Source: Cetorhinus maximus
Lineage: Eukaryota
Length of the DNA: 64,000 nt
Reading direction: 5' to 3'
Assembly: GCF_964194155.1 (NCBI RefSeq)
Contig: NC_135897.1
Span: forward strand, 16,058,001 to 16,122,000
The notes beneath the pieces are model-generated. The model did no database searches and had not been told where the DNA came from. It was given only the letters and a program-made list of their open reading frames with translations. Made by a program: the position numbers and the translations under genes. This document shows, in pieces, positions 26,798-39,530 of the stretch (within the stretch, counting starts at the first letter, position 1; each line of letters begins with the position of its first letter).

Positions 26798-27190
26798 AAC
26801 ACACACACTAGCTTCCCACACACACACTTACTCGTTCCCCATACACACACACACACACACACCTCCCACCCCCCATGCACACATACACACAAAACACACT
26901 CACTAGCTCTCCCCATACACACACACAAACATATTCCTACACCCCCTCACACATATAGAAAAGCAAATGCACTAGCTCCCTATACACACACATACACACA
27001 CATACAGCTCCCACCTTCTACCCCATTCCCACTGCCACACACACACAGACAAAAACATTTACTAGCTCCCCATACACACACACACACACATACAGCTCCC
27101 ACCCCCCACACACAAAGCACACTGACTAGCTCCACCCCCTCCCCCAAACACACACACACAAACACACTCACTCACCACATACACACACTC
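26798..27190 (+). repeat. Compound CA-rich minisatellite with recurring (AC)TAGCTCCC motif
   Basis: CA runs punctuated by repeated TAGCTCC / CAGCTCC units. Confidence 0.8.
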
Positions 27191-28699
27191 CATCCTGACA
27201 ATGCCTCTTTCAATCATTAGCTCCAGGCTAATGAAGCAGTATAGGTCTTAAAAGATAGCTAATTTAGTGTAATCTGTTGATATCACTACTGCACATGCCG
27301 CTTGCCCCTCCTACCTACCTTGACCCTTTTCCTACAGCAGATTCGCAGGCAAGTTACTGGTAGTGATCCTGACAACTGTGTCACACAGGTTATCCTTTCA
27401 AAGGTCTGAGTCTCTACAACAAACCATCACACCCACTCTGTTCCTTAATAGCTCCACACTGCTCTGCGGGACTTCATTTGTAACACTGTTACCTCTTCAT
27501 TAAGAAGCGACTTCACCATTGGGGAAATTCCACCAGAGTCCAGTTAAAAATGCACTGGCGTTATTATAAATATTACACTATGATTTATGGGTGTTGGAGG
27601 TATCTGTGTATCTAATCTATCAAGACTTTGATATCAATACCTTGAAGAATCCCTGTGGCTAAATGCGTGGCATATTTCATGGATATTAAGTTACATTGTT
27701 CGGAGGTAAAGTGATTTCTAAACGATTAATGGATCTCGCATACTAAAACCAGCGTTTGACATCTTTCAAGCAAACACATTTTTTTTACCATATTTAATAC
27801 TAAAATAATCCATCTTTTAACTGATGTGATGTGTACACATCCTGGTCTCAGCATGGCAGACAAACTCAACACCTCTCACTTCATACACTGCCTTCAAGTT
27901 AAAAGTCATGATGCTGAAAATATTTTTAAATTCCTTTTAGTTTTCTCACCTTTTATTTTCAGCTGGTTTGTTAAATTATATTTATGCACACTTTCCTCCA
28001 TCTTACTCTTGCTTTCAAGGTCTGCCTGACTCAGTACTTCTGCATTCACCATAGGACTGCTCTGGACTGAAAACTTCTCTAATGTGGATTGGCCAACTCT
28101 AATTGGTTGTATTGATGGAGGTTCCATCACATGATCTTCCACCTTGGCCTGCCCCATCCTAATACTGCCAGCATTAGTCCGTCTGCAAGGAGCACTGTCT
28201 TCCCACACCAACTGGAGAGGGAATAGAATCTTTGTTGCCCAATTGACTTAATTCTTGCAAAATAGTGAAACAGTTTCTGTTTCCCACCTCCATTATTTTT
28301 TACAGCAATGAAAGTTATCTGGATGAAAGTGTTCAAAGAAAGAAATGGCCCCATGATCTCCCCCCTAGGCTGCTATCCAGGAGACAACCCTCCATTGCAT
28401 TCCATTCAGAGTGCCCTAGCCTAGCAACAGTATTGCTACTCCCTCCCTCACCTTCCTAACAGCACCATGGCAACTATTCAAGGGTGGGTTCAAACTGCAG
28501 GCTGGTCGGGAGGAGTGGATGCCTTACAGGGTGGAGAGCTAGTTACTCGACACAAACCACACTCACAAGCAAGCAAACTTTGGAACATTTGACCAAAATC
28601 CTCCTGATCCACCATCACATGCAACATCACCATCTTTCATTACAAGTAATATTTACTGACAAGCCCACATCTAGGCTGAAACCTCAATGCAGCACAGAG

Positions 28700-28990
28700 T
28701 GACAGCAGCACTGTCAGAGGTGCTGCCTTTGAGTTGAGCTATTAAGCTGTGGTCCACTCAGATGGATGTAAAAGGACCCACAAGAATATCTGTAGAAGAC
28801 TTGGAAGCTGTCCCAGTGTCCTGGCCAACATTCATCCCTCAATCTGTCTTTATTGATATTGGTTATCTGGTCCCTCATTTCATTGCTTTTTATGGGACAA
28901 TCCTGGGTGTAGATTGGTTGCTGTGTCTGCTTATAACAACAATTCAATCATTCATTGGACATGAGGCACTCTGGGATCTCCTAAGGTCAT
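28700..28990 (+). mobile_element. DeuSINE fragment
   Basis: GGATGTAAAAG...GTGTCCTGGCCAACATTCATCCCTC core. Confidence 0.6.
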
Positions 28991-31900
28991 ACTAATCGTA
29001 GAAACGTGGTTTGGTTACAGCACAGAAGGAGGCCATTCGACCTGTCATGTCTGTGCCAGCTCTCTGCAAGAGCAACTCACCTAGTCCCACTCTCCCATCT
29101 TTTTGCCCATAGCCCTACAAATCTTTCCTGCTTAGATAATTCTCCAATTGCCTTTTGAAGGCCTCAACTGAATCTGCCTCCACACTTTCATATAGTTCTA
29201 TTTTTTTAGGCATTTCAAAATATGCTTCAATTTCGACATGAGTTTGAATTTCCAGGACTAAGAATGTGTATAATAGTTTTGAAAGGTTGTTCCATTTGTG
29301 AACACTTTAGTTGAAATGTTTTGGAAATATGCTGGGTATCAATGAGTAATTGAGGAGGCTGTTCCAGTACAGTAAGATGCCCAGACATATCAATTCAGTA
29401 TGAAAACTAATGGATATAATATAAGTATACATCCAGGGTATGACTGGAAATGAAGTTAGAGTAGTCAGTTGTATAGCTAAAAAAGTGCAGTTTGCAAAGG
29501 TGACTTTCTGTGCAAGTGTGGACATCAACTGGAGCGATGCCAGTGCTGAATTCGACAGTCTTCATGCAATCAAACTAGGCCAGGTAGAGCATGTGCCACA
29601 GTGGAGTAAACTCTCCCCATTCTATCTCAATATAGTGCCTTTGGCATTCAACTCCAACGGCGCTGCATCATTAATGTGCTATCATCCATTTTCCTCATCG
29701 TTCACATTTAGTCTCTATTGGTGAAACCGCTGAATTAATGCAATTTTTTTTCTGGCAGATGAGGGAGGGTATTCTGCTTGAATTTGATGACAAGATCTAA
29801 TTTCCCAGTGATCCAAAGTGCCACCATGAACTGAGGGGTCTTTCGGTCTAAGCTGAATTTGAACTTGATGTCCAGAGGTAAACTGATTAAGTGTCACTCC
29901 AGTATCCTTCCCCTGGTTCTGATTTACTCATGGTTTCAAGTTTTATTGAATCTCCTATTTCTGCTAATGATGTGTAGATTTGAAGTATTACTAGATGTAA
30001 CCACTGCCCTCTTCAAATTCATCTGTCAATTTAATAAATTAAAAATTTTATGTCCACACCCGTTTCCAGTCAACATTTTTCCATTTTAAATGTCTGTGTT
30101 CACAGTTGTAAAGGAAACTGCTATGTAAGCTTATCATGCTGTAGTTACACTGTCCTGCCACTAAGTCACTGTAACAGCACCATTGTCAGGAGAATGTAAC
30201 TACTGCGTGACTACTTTACATAGGCAGTTAACATTTTAAATGTGGAAATAGGAATGTATGATTAAAATACAAAAATAAGCATAGAATGTAAGAATTGAAA
30301 ATTAGATTTACATTCTACCTGTACAATCTCACCCAAATGTGCCGGTCCTCTAACCCCACATCGTCTGAAAACTATACTCGTTTATGAATCAGTTTGAGCA
30401 ATGCCACAGGTTATCAACTAGCATTTTTTGCTCACGGGTACAGTCTGGCACCTAGCAGAAGAGAATACACTGCTGCCAACTGGTTAGGGTGACTTCTGTT
30501 TAATTTCTGTATCCCAGAATTAAACTGTAGACCTTGTCAATTATTTTGGCAGTCAGAACAGAAAAAACATTGCCCTGTTTCTTATTCAGTTTTTTTTATA
30601 ATCCACCAATGTGTAAGTACTCTTCGCCTTCTTTCAGAAGTAAGAAAGTTAGCCAGATCTTTATTGATTTATTGATGGTTTCAGGATGAATATCACAGCC
30701 ACAGTTTCCGCTAAGGTTGCATCAGAACCATCAGGAACCAAAGCTCCAGCTGTCCTTGGCTATTGTAGTTGCAGTGCCCACACTCGCAATGCTTGGAGTT
30801 AGCAATAATAGACCCTATTGTCGCGAACCTAACTCTGTAGGTTGCCATTCTCTAGTTTCTGATTCTGCATTGGCATTGTTAAGTGCAACACTGATTTTAA
30901 AAAAAGACTTCCTCTCCCCTGCTGCCAGAAATAACTGCGAGCTGGTTCCTGCCATCCAATGCGCATTGACACGAACTTTAAATTACACAAAGCATCTCGG
31001 AATATTCGTGGAAGTTTTCTCACCATTTCCAGCCCTCCCGCTGATCGCTGTTCTTTTTAAATCCATTCTTCATGTGGCAACAAAAGAGATACAGTCTGTT
31101 TAAGCAGCAATCCGAAATCGCAACACTGCTGACCTAAATGGAGCTGTTGACGATGAAGGATGAGGGAGCACACCATCTGCCAAGGAGATGGACTGTCTTC
31201 TCAGGAAATACTCCCAGGCATCCTTCAGGTACCAACTAATTATGCTTTCTCCATAAAACACACTGGGTTACAACAAAGTAGTTTCCTTCACTTTGTGATA
31301 TCATTTGTTCTGATGAACTGTGAAGTATTGCAGCATGCCCAGAATATTAGTGAATCAAAAATGCACTTAAATTGATCTTTTTAAAATTTCAGAGTTCTGG
31401 CCTCCCCTGATGCTAAGTTGCTAAATACACCACCACATGCTGAGCTTTTGCTTCATTCTCAGGATGTGGACATTGCTGGCACACTTCCATTGATTTTTTA
31501 AAACTGCTCTGAGAAAACATTGTTAAAAGTGAGTTGACTTGCTAGGTGGCCACCTCAGGGGGTAGGTGAGAGGCAATGATATTCATGTAAGACTGGAGTC
31601 AGATACAGGCCCAGGCCAGGTAGGCATGGCAGGTTTCCTCCCAGGAAAGACATTAGTGACCCAGTTGAGTTTCTATGACAGTTGGACAGCTTCATGGACA
31701 CTTCTACTGAGACCAGGCTTTTAATCCCAGGTTTTTTTCAACTGGGTTTAAATTCCCATACCTTTGAATGGGCCTCAGGTTTGATGTTTTCTCAGTTATC
31801 TGATTGCAGTCAGGCCAACAGTGCTGATGTAAAAGTTGGCCTCAGTGTGCCTGGGTTCCAGAGGCTGAACAGAACATTAGCCATGGTTCTCAGTGCTAAT

Positions 31901-32139
31901 CACTATCCATTGAGCTCTCCCTCCCCCAGCAAAACGAGAGTACGGGTAGGCATTTGGCAAATACAGGATTGGGCTCTGTGATTTCTCCAGAGTCAAAGTA
32001 CTTCATGGCACAGCACAATTAGGGATGTCCAAGTGGATAAGGTGGCACTGGACACTGTGTCATTGCCATCAGGATGGGAGGAAACTTCGGGAAAGTTGAA
32101 GAAAAATGTAAATAGTTATTGTTGAAAAATAGAGACACA

Positions 32140-32175
32140 CTGTCAAAGATTTTCATCTTGCAATCATCAGGACAG
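32140..32175 (-). ncRNA. Degenerate minimal hammerhead ribozyme motif
   Basis: Minus strand reads CTGTC-CTGATGA-TTGCAAGAT-GAAA-ATCTTT-GACAG: intact CUGANGA and GAAA cores and stem I CTGTC/GACAG, with stem II decayed. Confidence 0.6.
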
Positions 32176-32321
32176 GCACATGAATGACAAATTTCAAAAG
32201 GAGCAACAGTTTATACTACATGGGAAAAGGGTGCTGATTGGTTGGTACATTAACTCTGATTCGTCGAGGTGTTACCATAGAGAATGTGCCAGGGAACTAT
32301 TGTCCCCCACGCTTTTGTTTA

Positions 32322-33368
32322 TGTCGGGGGCTAAAACCGCACGCTCTATATTTTTGTATCCTCATGGCTAATTTCTAAAATTTTTAAAACTGGACAAAGA
32401 CCCTTTTTAAAATGGCTGAAGCTATGTCTGTTTGTGACCCTCAAACAATAGGAACTAATGTGGCAGTTTTGCAGAAACTGACACCTTGTTATCTTTGAAG
32501 AGGCCCTAACAACCCTGCATGGGTTGCAGAGACCAAATTTAAAGGGAGCTACACAAAGGCCATCTACATTTCATAAGCCAAGCCTGGCCAACTGGAGTCA
32601 ATTCATCTGCTAGGACAAAGGACCCCCCAACCTTCTGTTCAAGACTTAATGGTTGGAACATGAACAATCTCAGGGACACAGGCAAATGGATACACACCCT
32701 TTATCAAAGCAAAGTGGAGAGGTGGGGGTTATGTGACGTGAACCCCTAGCTGGTGGAACCAATAATATTGCCTTGTGGTACTAAGAAACCTTTGCATGCC
32801 ATCTTTCCATCTACCTAGCAGCAGCACAGAAAAGAGGCTTTGCCCAGGCTGAATGCCTGGTCCCATCTAAACTATTTCTACTGGAACTTCTATAGCATCA
32901 CTTACAAGACTGATTCATCTCTGCATGCCTATCTCACCGTGGAAGTCTGGGAATGTGAATTATCCAGCATCAGTTCAACCTGCTGACCTCTGAGAAAGAA
33001 TACACAATTGGACTTTAATTCTGGACTCTGGGCACATGTGAAACAATAATTATTTTCTCTGTGGTCTTTGCCCTGTAAATCTTTCTTTCTTTATCCCTCC
33101 TTTTACTGTAGGAGTGCATAGGGGCTTACGTAGCAACCCCTCTCCCACATTTTGAGTGTGTGCAAATAAACTAACCCTCTGAGTTCACCCTATCTCGAGT
33201 TTATTTTGGGGTTATTAATAGAAATTGGATCACACAAAAGCTGAGGGGTTGGGAAATACACCACCACTCATAAAGGGGGATACAAATCAAAACACCTTCC
33301 TGTTTACCGACAGGTGGCAGGAGGAGAAATCAAGGCTGTTTAAATTAATGCCCCTCCTATCCATAACA
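32322..33368 (+). mobile_element. Solo LTR (~1.05 kb)
   Basis: TGT...ACA termini, 4-bp TSD TTTA/TTTA, AATAAA near 33165. Confidence 0.75.
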
Positions 33369-33585
33369 TTTAATTCAAAAAAGGTGCAATGCCTGAACAT
33401 GTTCCTTTTGCCTGCAGAGGACAGATCCCTGTGTATAAATATATGTAACTTCTGGCATGCGTAGGTGAGCCACATTGTGAGCCCAACTGATAACATTAAA
33501 TTAGTTGTTAGTGTAATTCTTAGCACACTCAGGATTATTCAGCAAGTGCTGCCCAATTGCAGAATCACATTTAACAATAGACATT

Positions 33586-35093
33586 GGACGGACCCATTGG
33601 TGGCAGGGGTCATGGTGGGCATGAGTGGATAATATGGCGAGAAGGCCAAAAATCAGTTTTACACCATCGTGAAATCAGTTTGTGATTGTCCGCTCCTCTC
33701 ATCAATGGCTGGAACCTAATGTCAAGAACCTAATTTCAATACTTTAGCATCTCATTATAAGGTCTGCTCACTAGAATCATCCCACCCATGCTGGATCATC
33801 TGGACATGTTGGTGTGATTGCACGCTGACATGTTTCACAACTGTACATAAGCAACGTGCACTTGGTGAGCTGCACTTCACTCGGAACCTCGAGGTTTGTT
33901 TACCTATCTTGCTTCGGGCAGCATTCATGGTCATCAGCGTCAGGCTTCACAGACAGCACCACATCACTTTCAGCAGGGGCTCACGGGCAGGTCTCTACCT
34001 ACCAGATTAGCCATAAGGCTGCTGGGCTGGGGCTTGCTTGGGGAAGGGGGAGAAGTGGCCTCAGGAAAGGGAAGAGGCTGCAGGGCAAGGGCTGTATGGT
34101 GGGAGGGAGGTATCCCAGTGTGTGTGTGGGGACACATGTTGATCTTTGCAAGTGGCCACAAGATGGAGGGCTGAGGAGGCAGTCTCCAGAGGAGATGAGG
34201 CCAGATGGAGATGTGAGGGTGTGTGTGAGAGAGTGAGTGCTGATGCCCCTTGAGCTGGCAGTGAGTGAGATGCCAGTGAATGTGTGATGGGCTTGTGAGT
34301 GTATGAGTTTAGAGTGATGAGGTGGTTGCCATACCCTGGAGGCACGGATGAGATCATTCATCCGTTTTCTGCACTGGATGGCCAACCTCTTATGTGCAGC
34401 ATTGGCACTGACCACCACCATAGACAATGGACGGACCCATTGATGGCAGGCTTCATGGCGGGCATGAGCGGATAATACGGCGAGAAGGCCAAAAATCAGA
34501 TGCTAAGGTATTGAAATTAGGTTCTTGACATTAGGTTCCAGCCATTGATGAGAAGAGCGGACGAACACAAACTGATTTCACGATGGCGTAAAACTGATTT
34601 TTGGCCTTCTCGCCATATTATCCGCTCATGCCCGCCATGACGCCTGCCACCAATGGGTCAGTCCATTGTCTATGCTGGAGTGGTGAGACTGATAGGTCTC
34701 CTGCAGCCACAGCAGGGGGTAGCAACATCGCAGCAGGCCTCTGTGGCATCCAGAAGGCATCCCAGGGATGTATCACTGAATTGGGGGGCTGCGCTCTTCT
34801 TGGCTTTAAGGGTCATATCTTCACCAGAGCAGTCCTGGGCTGCAAGCATTCAGAACAGTGAGCACAGCTGCAGTTTAAATATGGCGCCAGGTGTGAGGAA
34901 GCTGCGAGGGAGAAGCATGGCAGACAAATCGGAGGCTGCCCGCTAGCCAGACGGCATATTTCCTGTGACTGCATAAGTAATGAGGTGGGACGGGGATGAT
35001 ATGGCACGAAAATCCACCCTTGCGGCCAACAGGTAAAAAGTCCTTTCTCACACCCACCACCGCAATTAGCCCAAATCTGGGCCGATTCTGCTC
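33586..35093 (-). mobile_element. Internally deleted PIF/Harbinger transposon retaining the Myb/SANT ORF remnant
   Basis: TSD ATT/ATT, degenerate termini GGACGGA.../...GATTCTGCTC, Myb/SANT-like peptide inside. Confidence 0.7.
34335..34816 (-). pseudogene. Harbinger Myb/SANT-like DNA-binding ORF, first-exon remnant, disrupted
   Basis: MTLKAKKSAAPQFSDTSLGCLLDATEA...[insertion]...VVVSANAAHKRLAIQCRKRMNDLIRASR followed by a GT donor. Fits the PxFS...L...V.A...R...QCRK+.NDL pattern of Harbinger/NAIF1-type Myb domains. Confidence 0.75.
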
Positions 35094-36669
35094 ATTATTT
35101 TCTGAGTTTTGTAAGCATGGGCTAGTTGCGCACAGTCAAAACTCCGCCTACTGTGGACAGATGAAGGGACATACTGGTTGTTATGATCCATCAGTTGTTG
35201 GGATGTACAGCCTATGTACCTCACACCGGCACTGAACACGTGCTTGTGAAGGGAAGCAAAGATCATACTGAGGCAGGGACATTTCTTCGAGCGGTTTCCT
35301 AATTTCAGACTTTTGATCTGCATGGGAGCCAAGGGTTATGGGGGTCAGTGGAATCAAGGTCACAATTGGATGCAATAATCTTACTGGATGGTGGAGCAGG
35401 CTCGAGGGGCCAGATAACCTATGCCTGCTCCTATCTCTAATGATCTTATGGTCTGATTATCAGCATTACATGCTCCCAGATGAGGTGGAGGACGGCCTAC
35501 ATGCAGAGACAAGCTTCCTCTCCTCTATTTCCACAATAGCTCTCAGAGGAGCACCCCGTAGCTCCCAAACCACCCATCCAGTTGGCTCTCTGAGGGAGAC
35601 TGAGTGGGTGGCAGAAAGAGAGATGAAGTATGAACCTGATATAGAGATGAAAAGCCAGCTAGTGGGAGAAAGAGAGACTTAAAGAGAGAAAGAGAGTGAA
35701 AGAAAAAATGAACAAATTAGCTGCTGTCGTCGGTCTCTGTCAGACTAATTGTTCAGGAAATTAGAAATGCAAAAAAGCTCCATGTGAATTCAGAGGAAGA
35801 AAAACAGTAAAGGCTTTCAATTATACAATGCATTTATTTGAAATGAACTCCTTTCCCTGCTCTTTATTTAACTTAAATACTTTAAAAGTGAGATTTGAAG
35901 AGGTTAGTATATTTAAGGTTTCTCCACCAATCTCCCCTGCTAGAATATCAAGGCTGAAGATTAAAGAACACAACCGGGTGAATAAATAAGGTATGGCACT
36001 CCCTGGCAGGCTTGGTGGGGGATGGTGGCCTTCTGTTCCATTCCTGCTTTAAGAACCCCCCTGCCCGCCACATCGATCCTGCGCCAACCACCACTCCCAC
36101 CTCCCCACCCCAGCCCACCCGACCCGTGACCTGCCTGATCGCCTGCCTGATAGCAAGCCTGCCCCATTCAGCTTCTTCAGGGACCCCCTCCATGATTGCT
36201 GCTCCAGGTCTCCTGCAGTACCTGCAGTGGCCACCTCTCTATGTGGCGCTGCTGTGATTGAAGAGCTGCTGGCCTTTGATTGGCTGGCAGCTCTTGGAGG
36301 CGGGACCTTTGCCTTTAAAAGCACAGGAATCCTAATGACAGGCAGCAGACTGTGTGGTTGGCATTTAATCCCATCGGGCCTTCCGGAAATAGCCATACTG
36401 GTTTGCCACCATCTTTCCAGCTTGTGGATGGGGTGCCACTGCAATCATTAAATTCAGTCCACTGTAACCGAGGACAACCGGAGAATGGATTTGATTAAGG
36501 GAAACCTGTCCTTCCTGCTTCTCTTCAGGAAAGCATTATTTGCAGATGGGTTCAGGGTTTTCAACTCATTAACGTTCCTCTCTTGTTTTAAACATTGTCC
36601 TTCGTATTTTTTCCTGTGTCCTATCAAAAACTAAAACAACCAAACCAAAAATGGTGAAGGGCTGAATAA

Positions 36670-36990
36670 GGAGCAACTGTTTGCACTGGCAAGACGGTTA
36701 GTAACCAGAGGACACAGATGTAAGGAAATTGCCAAAAGAATCAGAGGCAAGACGAGGAGAAGTGTTTTTACACAGAGGTTGTTGCGATCTGGAATGTACT
36801 GTCTGACAGGATGGTGGAAGAAGATTCAATAATAACTTTCAAAAGTGAATTTGGTAATTACTTGAAGGATGAAAACTAGCAGGGATCTGAGGTTTGAGAC
36901 TGATTGCACCACTCATTTAAGGAGCCAGCACAGATATGAAGGGCTGAATGGCCTCCTTCTGTGCTGTATCCTTCAATGATTCTATGAACT
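36670..36990 (+). mobile_element. CR1 LINE 3' end
   Basis: AACCAGAGGACACAG...GGGCTGAATGGCCTCCTTCTGTGCTGT...ATTCTATG tail. Confidence 0.75.
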
Positions 36991-38874
36991 AAAGATCGAA
37001 TCATCACATTGTGATTGTGGTATTATTGATTAAAGCTGGTTATTACTCAGTTATGTTTGACTGTGAAATATTATTCCCTAAGCTGCATACACCTTCATTT
37101 AACTACTTGACTCTGCTGATGGAGGGCAGTGATGGACAGCAAGAGAGGCATCAACTTTGAATGCACACTGGGATTACCTGAGTTAGCAATGCCTCAACGT
37201 GACTCAACTTGGCCTATAGTTCAGCACCTTTTCAAGAGCCCAAGCTCTCATCATTTGCCACTCCTGCAGATCCCTTCACAAGCCTATATATCAATACAAT
37301 TACTGTAATTGATTCTTGGGCTGTGAGAGAGACAGGCATTTATTCACCAGCAATACATATTGCCCATCCCTAACTCTACTGAGGGTCAATCATGTCACAT
37401 GGGACCAGAGAAACGTAAAGGCTAGATTGGGTAGAAGCAGCAGGATTCCTTCCCATGAAGGACTTTAGTGAGCCAGTTGGATTTTATTGATCATTCTTCA
37501 AGTAGTAACGCATAATTTATTCAATTTAGTTCCATATCCAGTCATGGGGGGATTTAACTCACTAATTGCAGGGACATTAATCCAGTACAATAAGCACTAG
37601 GCTACTCTAACCACCCCTTTTTATGTATCAGCAAGATGCCTATGTCCTGCTTAAGGTGGATCTGTGTGTGGTGCTGAGATAAAGCTTTTTCCATTAGATA
37701 ATAACTTGAACAACCAAGTTAGTATCAATAGGCCATTCAGCCCCTTGAGCCTGTTCCGCCATTTGATAAGGTCATGGCTGAACTGATTGTACCCTCTGCT
37801 TTCCTGCTTACCTACTATAGCCTTTGACTCCCTTATCAGTCAAGAATCTATCCAACTCAGCCTTAAAAATATCCAATGACCCTGCCCCTACTGCTCTCTG
37901 GAGAAGAGAGTTCCAAAGATTCACGACCCCCTGAGAGAAAAAAAAATTCCTCATCTTCATCTTAAATGAGACCCCCCTTATTTTTAAACTGCATCCCCTA
38001 GTTCTAGTCTCTCCCACAAGGGGAAATATCCTCTCAGCATCCATCCTGTCAAGTCCCCTCAGGATCTTATATGTTTCAATAAGGTCACCTCTCATTCTTC
38101 TAAACTCCAATGGATACAAAAACCACCTCCTGTCCAACATTTCCTCATATGATAACCAACACCAGCCACCCCCCTCCCCATCCCAGGTATCAGTTGAGTG
38201 AACCTTCTCTGAACTGCTTCTAATGCAATTATATCTTTTTAAAAATAAAGAGAGCAAAAACTGTGATCTCACCAATACTCTGTACAACTGCCACAAAATA
38301 TCCCTACTCTTATACTCCATTCCCCTGGCAATAAACACCAACACTCCATTTGCCTTCCTAAGCACAGCAAGTGTCTGCATACTAACTTTTTGTGATTCAT
38401 GTACCAGGACACCCAGATCCCTCTGTACCATTGAGTTCTGCAATCTCTGTCCATTTAAATAGTACACTGATTTTCTATTCTTCCTGCCAAAGCGGACAAG
38501 TTCACATTTTCCCACATTATACTCCATTCGCCAAATTTTTGCCCATTATATCCCATTGCAGACTCCTTCTGTCCTCTTCACAATTTACTTTCCTACCCAG
38601 CTCATCAGAAAATTTGGCAACTATACATTCAGTCCCTTCATCCAAGTCATTGATATAAATTGTAAATAGTTGAGGCCCCAGCACTGATTCCTGTGGCACT
38701 CCACTTGTCACATCTTGCCAACACGAAAATGACCCAATTATCCTCACTCTGTTTCCTGTTAGCCAACCAATCCTCTATCCATGCTAATATAAAGAGAGAA
38801 AATCCTGGAAAAACTCATCAGGTCTGACAGCATCTGTGGAGAGAGAAACAGAGTTAACTGTTTCAAATCTGTAT

Positions 38875-39530
38875 GGGCAGAATTTTCCCCCTGTTGGGGG
38901 GAGGTTCAAGAGCAGGTGTATGCAGGTGCACCTCCGATTGGCGTCCCCAATCGGGGGCGCGCCACCATTTTATGTAGACAGGCCAATTAAGGCCCACCTA
39001 GTGTGATGTCCACCAGGAAGCACTCTGCGCTCCCTGTGTGGGAGGGGGGAGATTCCCTAAGCCAAAAGAGTGCACTCATCTCCCTGAGGCTAAGTGCTGC
39101 CTCAGGGAGATCGGCACCAAATTCAAAAATGTTAAATGTAGAAAAATAAAATTTCCCTGACATGTCCTGTCATGTGACACTGTCACATGAGTTGGGACAT
39201 GTCCATCACTTTTAATTAAACTTTTGTTAAATTTGTAAAAACCTACATGAAACCTCATCCCACCCGTGGATGAGGTTTCATGCTTTAAAGCCCGTCAGGG
39301 CTCCTGGCCTGCCCGCCAGCCTTAAGTTGGATGGGCAGGTCCTTTAGCGAGGTCAATTAGTTTTTAAATGGCCTCAATAGGCCATTGACAGGTCAGCGGG
39401 TGCCCAGCTGATTCGGCTACGCCCCTGCCGACCTGAAAATTGAAATGACGCGGGGTGACGTCGGGAGTTCTATTTTATGCGTCGGCGAGCGGGACCCGCC
39501 CCCCCGCTCACTGACCTCAATATCCCACCC
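38875..39530. mobile_element. PIF/Harbinger-like MITE (~600 bp family), copy 3
   Basis: TIR GGGCAGAATTTT / AATATCCCACCC, TSD TAT/TAT, colinear with copy 2. Confidence 0.88.

Larger units (their letters stand above)
32120..33470 (-). mobile_element. Penelope-like pLTR fragment interrupted by a solo LTR
   Basis: Minus-strand hammerhead-like motif at 32140-32175. The sequence resumes after the LTR at 33369. Confidence 0.5.
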
